In this document: positions 59,869-64,000 of the stretch, piece by piece
Position numbering within the stretch: the stretch's first letter is position 1
Layout of the letters: the number at the start of each line of letters is the position of its first letter
From: Alphaproteobacteria bacterium
GTDB lineage: Bacteria; Pseudomonadota; Alphaproteobacteria; VGEJ01
Direction: 5' to 3'
DNA length: 64,000 bases
NCBI GenBank assembly: GCA_965248765.1
Contig: CBDFKF010000004.1
Location: forward strand, 1,301,260 to 1,365,259
Translations under genes and position numbers: made by a program
Notes under the pieces: model-generated
The model's database searches: none
Told to the model about the DNA's origin: nothing
The model's input: only the letters and a program-made list of their open reading frames with translations

Positions 59869-61236
59869 GTGCCAAACGCCCCGACCACCGCGGTTGCGCA
59901 GGCCCGTGCCAACCTCGACCATATCCGGCGTTACAACGAGACGGTCAATGCAATCATGACCGTGACCGAGGATGCGGCCCTGGCCGAGGCCGAGCGGGCG
60001 GACGCTGCCGCCGCCGACGGACGGTGGCTCGGCCTCCTGCACGGCATGACGGTCGCCGTCAAGGACAACATCGATACAGCAGGCGTACGCACCACCAGCG
60101 GCGCGACGTTCCTGGCGGACCGCATACCGAACGCCGATGCCCCGGTCGTCCAGCGCTTGCGCACCAATGGTGCCGTGATCGTCGGCAAGGCCACCATGCA
60201 GGAACTCGCGTTCGGCATCCGCTCCGAGAATCCGGTGGCCGGCGTCTGCCGCAATCCCTGGGCGCTCGACCGCGTGCCGGGCGGTTCAAGCGGCGGGTCC
60301 GGCGCTGCCGTCGCCACGGACATGTGCGTCGGCGCGCTCGGCACCGACACGGGCGGATCGGTGCGCCTCCCGGCCGCGATGAACGGTGTCGTAGGCCTGC
60401 GCCCGACCCACGGACGCTTGTCGATCAGCGGCATCCTGCCAGTCAGCGTAACCCACGATACGGTCGGCCCGATGGCGCGGCGGGTCGAGGACGTGGCTCG
60501 TCTGTTCGCCGCACTGGCGGGCCACGACCCACTGGACGCCCAATCGCAGGACGGCGCGCTGGAGAACTTCCTGCCGAGGCTCGGCGACGGTATAGAGGGG
60601 AAACGCGTCGGGATTCCCAAATTGTTCTATTTCGAGAACTTGGACGCCGACGTGGAACATGCCGTGCGCGCCGCCGCCTCGGTACTTGAAAGCCTCGGCG
60701 CGGTCCTCGAAGAGGTTACCCTCGAGGGAGCCGATCGCGCGCACGCGTGGGCCCAGACGATTATCTATTCGGATATCTGCGCCGTGCACGCGGACAGACT
60801 CGAAAACCATCCCGAGCAGTTTTCGGCTTCGGTCTACGAGCGCATGAAGCCCGGATTGGACTACACCGGTGTCGACTATGCCCGGGCGTTGCGGGCACGC
60901 GAGGCGTGGCGCCAGACCTTGCGGCGCGTCTTCGAGCAGGTTGACATGGTGTTGATGCCGACCACACCGGGCGAACCGCCTCCGCTCGACGATTCACGGA
61001 CCCTCAAGGCCGCTACCCACGACGCTACGCGTTTTACGTATGGCGGCGGCCTCGCTGGAGTGCCGAGCCTGTCCTTGCCCTGCGGCTTCACGAGTGGCGG
61101 TCTTCCCATCGGGGTAATGCTCGAGGCGGCCTTGTGTGGGGAGCCACTTCTGCTGCGCGCGGGATATGCCTACCAGAGCGTCACCGACTGGCACCGGCGC
61201 CGACCGCCGATCCTGGAGGCACGCTCGACCACTTGA
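59869..61236 (+). CDS. amidase signature (AS) family amidase, copy 2
   Basis: It has 'GGSSGGSGAAVAT' and 'GTDTGGSVRLPAA'. A GTG start is preceded by AAGAGGA. Confidence 0.8.
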   Translation: MPNAPTTAVAQARANLDHIRRYNETVNAIMTVTEDAALAEAERADAAAADGRWLGLLHGMTVAVKDNIDTAGVRTTSGATFLADRIPNADAPVVQRLRTNGAVIVGKATMQELAFGIRSENPVAGVCRNPWALDRVPGGSSGGSGAAVATDMCVGALGTDTGGSVRLPAAMNGVVGLRPTHGRLSISGILPVSVTHDTVGPMARRVEDVARLFAALAGHDPLDAQSQDGALENFLPRLGDGIEGKRVGIPKLFYFENLDADVEHAVRAAASVLESLGAVLEEVTLEGADRAHAWAQTIIYSDICAVHADRLENHPEQFSASVYERMKPGLDYTGVDYARALRAREAWRQTLRRVFEQVDMVLMPTTPGEPPPLDDSRTLKAATHDATRFTYGGGLAGVPSLSLPCGFTSGGLPIGVMLEAALCGEPLLLRAGYAYQSVTDWHRRRPPILEARSTT

Positions 61237-61355
61237 AAATGACACTGGTCGCCGGCCTCATCATGAGGGCGTCCGTACCTCCGCACCTGATTGGGGACCA
61301 CTCCCCTATGCGCGAGCAACCGCGTCCTGACCGGTCACCCCGGGGGCTTGCCCGC

Positions 61356-62285
61356 TCAGACTTCGAACTCGTGGTGGTGCTCGTTCCACCAGTTGGCGAT
61401 TTCGAGGCGAGTGGCGAACCAGACGGCCCCCTTTTTCTGCGCATAATCGATGAAATCGCTGAGCGCCGACATACGGCCAGCCTGGCCGATCAGGCGCGGG
61501 TGCAGGCCGATATTCATCATGCGGGGGTACGTCGCGCCTTCCTCCCAGTAATAATCGAAGCCGCGTTTCACGAGATCGTAAAAGTCATTGGGGCCCCCGA
61601 AGCCCTGCGGCATGACGTAGCGGCCGTCATTGTAAGTGAAGGTGTAGGGCAAGATGAGATGCTGCTTGCCTTTGACATCGACGTAATAGGGAAGATCGTC
61701 GTTGTAGGCGTCCGAGTCGTAAACGAAGCCGCCCTCTTCGACCAGCAGTTCGCGGGTGTGAACCGACGGGCCATAGCGGCAATACCAGCCAAGCGGCCGC
61801 TGTCCGCAGGTTTCCTCAAACGATATGATCGCCGCTTCGATGTGGGCCTTTTCTTCTTCGCGCGACAGAAGCCATACTTCTTCCCAGCGCCAGCCGTGGC
61901 TGCACGGTTCGTGGTTGCTGTCGCGCAACCATTGGGCGACTTCGGGGTTGCGTTCCAGCGCCACCGCGGCGGCAAAGAATGTGACCGGAATTTTCTTTTG
62001 GTCGAATAGGCGCTGTAGCCGCCAGATGCCGGCGCGCAGACCGTATTCGTAGACCGATTCCATAGCCAGATCGCGATAGCCCGGAGTCATGGCGTAGGAA
62101 AGTTCCGCCAGGCCGGCCTCATTCTTGCCATCGGCCGCCATGTGAACTTCGGAACCCTCTTCGAAATTGATGATGATATTGACGACGACGCGCGCATCGT
62201 TCGGCCACACAACCTTCGGGATGTTGCGGCCGTACCCGATGTAGTCGCGCCTGGGGCCCGGTATTTCCTTGTCGGCGATCTTCAT
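61356..62285 (-). CDS. puuE: allantoinase, PuuE type (polysaccharide-deacetylase fold)
   Basis: 'RDYIGYG..VWPNDARV', 'AMESVYEYGLRAGIWRL' and 'EEGGFVYDSDAYNDDLPYY' closely match Pseudomonas PuuE, recalled from memory. Confidence 0.8.
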   Translation of the reverse strand: MKIADKEIPGPRRDYIGYGRNIPKVVWPNDARVVVNIIINFEEGSEVHMAADGKNEAGLAELSYAMTPGYRDLAMESVYEYGLRAGIWRLQRLFDQKKIPVTFFAAAVALERNPEVAQWLRDSNHEPCSHGWRWEEVWLLSREEEKAHIEAAIISFEETCGQRPLGWYCRYGPSVHTRELLVEEGGFVYDSDAYNDDLPYYVDVKGKQHLILPYTFTYNDGRYVMPQGFGGPNDFYDLVKRGFDYYWEEGATYPRMMNIGLHPRLIGQAGRMSALSDFIDYAQKKGAVWFATRLEIANWWNEHHHEFEV

Positions 62286-62394
62286 GACCCTCTCCCGGTG
62301 AATGTCGTTTTCGAGCACGTGGGTTCACTTCGGATCGAGTGGGACCTACTTGAACCAAAGCGCCGCATCGCGGCAGGGGACGTCCTGATCGCGC

Positions 62395-63612
62395 CTATAC
62401 GACGCCCTTGTTGGCCAATTCCTTGAGACGGGCCGCGTCGAGGCCGAGCAGATCACCGTAGACCTCGGCATTGTGCTGGCCCAGGCTCGGGCCCAGTCCG
62501 CGAACCTTTCCCGGAGTTTTGGTCAAGCGCGGGACAACGTTCGGCACTTTCAAAGTGCCGACACGCGGGTCCTCCACGGTCAACAAGTTTTCGCGCGCCG
62601 CGTAGTGCGGGTCTTCGAAAATTTCGTCGATCGCATAGACAGGTCCGGCCGGCACCTGTCCCTTGTCGCACGCTGCCAGAATCACATCGCGCGTTTGCGC
62701 GCGCGTCCACTCGCTGACCCAAGCGTCGACTTCGTCCCGCTTGCTCCAGCGCTTTTCGAATGTGCCGTATTTGCCATCACCGGCCACCTCGGGCTCGCCC
62801 ATGGTATCGGCGAGGCGGGCGAAAATCTTGTCGGTAGTGCAAGCGATCGCGACCCAACGCCCGTCGCCGGTGGGGTAATGGTTGTGGGGGCAGACGTTGA
62901 CGGTGCCGGGACCCATTCGCTGGCGCACGAACTTGGTCTTGTCGTAGGCCGGGACGAGCTCGTCGAGGATGCGAAAGATCGATTCATAGAGCCCGATGTC
63001 GATCACCTGGCCTTCGCCGGTACTCTCGCGGGCACGAAGGGCGAGCATCACGCCGTAGGCGCCATAGAGACCCGAGAGATAATCGGCAAGCGTTGCCGAG
63101 CCCGGGATGACCGGGGCCCGGTCGGGGTAGCCCGCCAAGAACGAGATGCCACCGAAGGCGTTGGCGACGCGGCCGAAACCCGGTCGGTCGCGGTAGGGGC
63201 CCGTTTGTCCGTACCCGGAAATGCGCACCATGATGAGGCCGCGATTGGCACTGGCCAAAACGTCGTAGCCGAGGCCCCATCGCTCCATGGTCCCGGGCTG
63301 GTAGTTCTCCACCAACACGTCGGCCTTAGCCGCAAGCTGGCGCAACATTTCGGCGCCATCATCCGTGCGCAAATCGAGAGTCACGCATTTCTTGTTGCGG
63401 GATTCGCTGAGCCAGGGGAGGGTTTCGCCGCACTCGATACGGGTGCCGAAGTTGCGCAGGGGGTCGCCCACACCGGGGAGTTCCACCTTGATGACATCGG
63501 CGCCGAATTCGGCCAACTGGGTGCAGCAATAGGGGCCGGCAATATAATTTGACACCTCGATGACGCGCACGCCGGTCAGAGGCTGGATGATGTCTTCAGG
63601 GGTACCGCTCAT
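62395..63612 (-). CDS. family III CoA-transferase (CaiB/BaiF), third copy
   Basis: The 405-aa protein starts 'GVRVIEVSNYIAGPYCCTQLAEFGADVIKVE'. Confidence 0.85.
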   Translation of the reverse strand: MSGTPEDIIQPLTGVRVIEVSNYIAGPYCCTQLAEFGADVIKVELPGVGDPLRNFGTRIECGETLPWLSESRNKKCVTLDLRTDDGAEMLRQLAAKADVLVENYQPGTMERWGLGYDVLASANRGLIMVRISGYGQTGPYRDRPGFGRVANAFGGISFLAGYPDRAPVIPGSATLADYLSGLYGAYGVMLALRARESTGEGQVIDIGLYESIFRILDELVPAYDKTKFVRQRMGPGTVNVCPHNHYPTGDGRWVAIACTTDKIFARLADTMGEPEVAGDGKYGTFEKRWSKRDEVDAWVSEWTRAQTRDVILAACDKGQVPAGPVYAIDEIFEDPHYAARENLLTVEDPRVGTLKVPNVVPRLTKTPGKVRGLGPSLGQHNAEVYGDLLGLDAARLKELANKGVV

Positions 63613-63618
63613 ACGCGG

Positions 63619-64000
63619 TCACCTCGTCGCTGCCGAACGTTCCGCCGCGGGCGCGGCCGTGTGATGCGCCGTATCGCGCTCAGCCAGCATGTGGGCGAGC
63701 GCGACAATTCGTTCGGCCTTTTCCAAGATGGAATAGTCGACGAAAATGCCATCGACCGTAATCGACGCGGACCCCCGCTCAAGTGCCTCGTTAAACGCCT
63801 CGATCACTCGCCGGCAAAACGCCACTTCGTTGGCCTCCGGTGCAAACAGGCGATTGGCGATCGGGACCTGCGCCGGATGGACGCAGATCTTCCCTTGATA
63901 CCCGAGCTTGCGAGCGACCCGGCAATCCTCTTCGAACTCTTCCGGATCGCGTATCGCCAGATAGGGGCCGTCGATCGGCCGCGGCAATCCGGCGGCACGG
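63619..64000 (-). CDS. HpcH/HpaI aldolase / citrate-lyase beta (CitE)-like acyl-CoA lyase, C-terminal part only (gene continues past the window end)
   Basis: 'DGPYLAIRDPEEFEEDCRVARKLGYQGKICVHPAQVPIANRLFAP' is the CitE/malyl-CoA lyase C-terminal pattern, immediately upstream of a CoA-transferase. Confidence 0.6.
   Translation of the reverse strand, partial: RAAGLPRPIDGPYLAIRDPEEFEEDCRVARKLGYQGKICVHPAQVPIANRLFAPEANEVAFCRRVIEAFNEALERGSASITVDGIFVDYSILEKAERIVALAHMLAERDTAHHTAAPAAERSAATR

Noticed and set aside
58806-62009. ORFs 58806..59519 (minus strand), 59661..60689 (plus strand) and 61134..62009 (plus strand)
   Set aside because: They are antisense or alternative frames of the transposase, amidase copy 2 and puuE respectively.
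62473-63552. 359-aa plus-strand ORF
   Set aside because: It is antisense to CoA-transferase copy 3.

Overview
This is a high-GC (~65%) proteobacterial chromosome segment, probably alphaproteobacterial. It is a mosaic of mobile-element debris and catabolic modules. The left end (1-3.8 kb) is a prophage remnant with DUF3489, terminase large subunit, DUF5681 and a ParB-nuclease/DNA-methyltransferase fusion that has lost its catalytic middle. A short lower-GC orphan ORF and a frameshift-decayed IS1182-family element follow. From ~6.4 to 13.7 kb a minus-strand operon looks like an aerobic 2-aminobenzoyl-CoA (anthranilate) pathway: FAD-monooxygenase/Old-Yellow-Enzyme fusion (ACMR-like), MarR, enoyl-CoA hydratase, acyl-CoA dehydrogenase, aryl-CoA ligase, hotdog thioesterase and RidA. 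Its first gene carries a frameshift exactly at a 13-bp palindrome, and the hydratase has an in-frame TGA at codon 11. Upstream are an amidase translationally coupled to a GatC-like mini-subunit, SthA, an ABM monooxygenase, a YrdC-like protein plus two family-III CoA-transferases, an alpha/beta hydrolase and a PEP-mutase/ICL-family protein. From ~22 to 64 kb lies an accessory island for cyclic-amide/ureide catabolism with striking modular redundancy: dihydropyrimidinase, two HyuA/HyuB pairs, two isochorismatase-fold amidohydrolases, a second amidase, two NodB-fold enzymes (one is PuuE allantoinase), ureidoglycolate lyase, a third CoA-transferase with a CitE-like lyase, tandem-duplicated PhyH dioxygenases, three ABC importers, a flotillin with an over-long coiled coil, znuA/zur-znuCB with a Zur box, and an intact IS481/ISNCY-type IS. 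The most unusual signal is an unrecognised ~130-aa domain present twice. One copy is fused to the N-terminus of HyuB through a Pro/Ala-rich linker with its own strong SD. The other is translationally coupled to an isochorismatase-fold hydrolase. Its motif pattern resembles the Rad52/Sak fold. Two paralogous small polytopic membrane proteins also sit beside hydantoinase-type genes. I did not recognise any rRNA, tRNA or CRISPR array. Coordinates derived by counting along sequence lines may be off by 1-2 nt.
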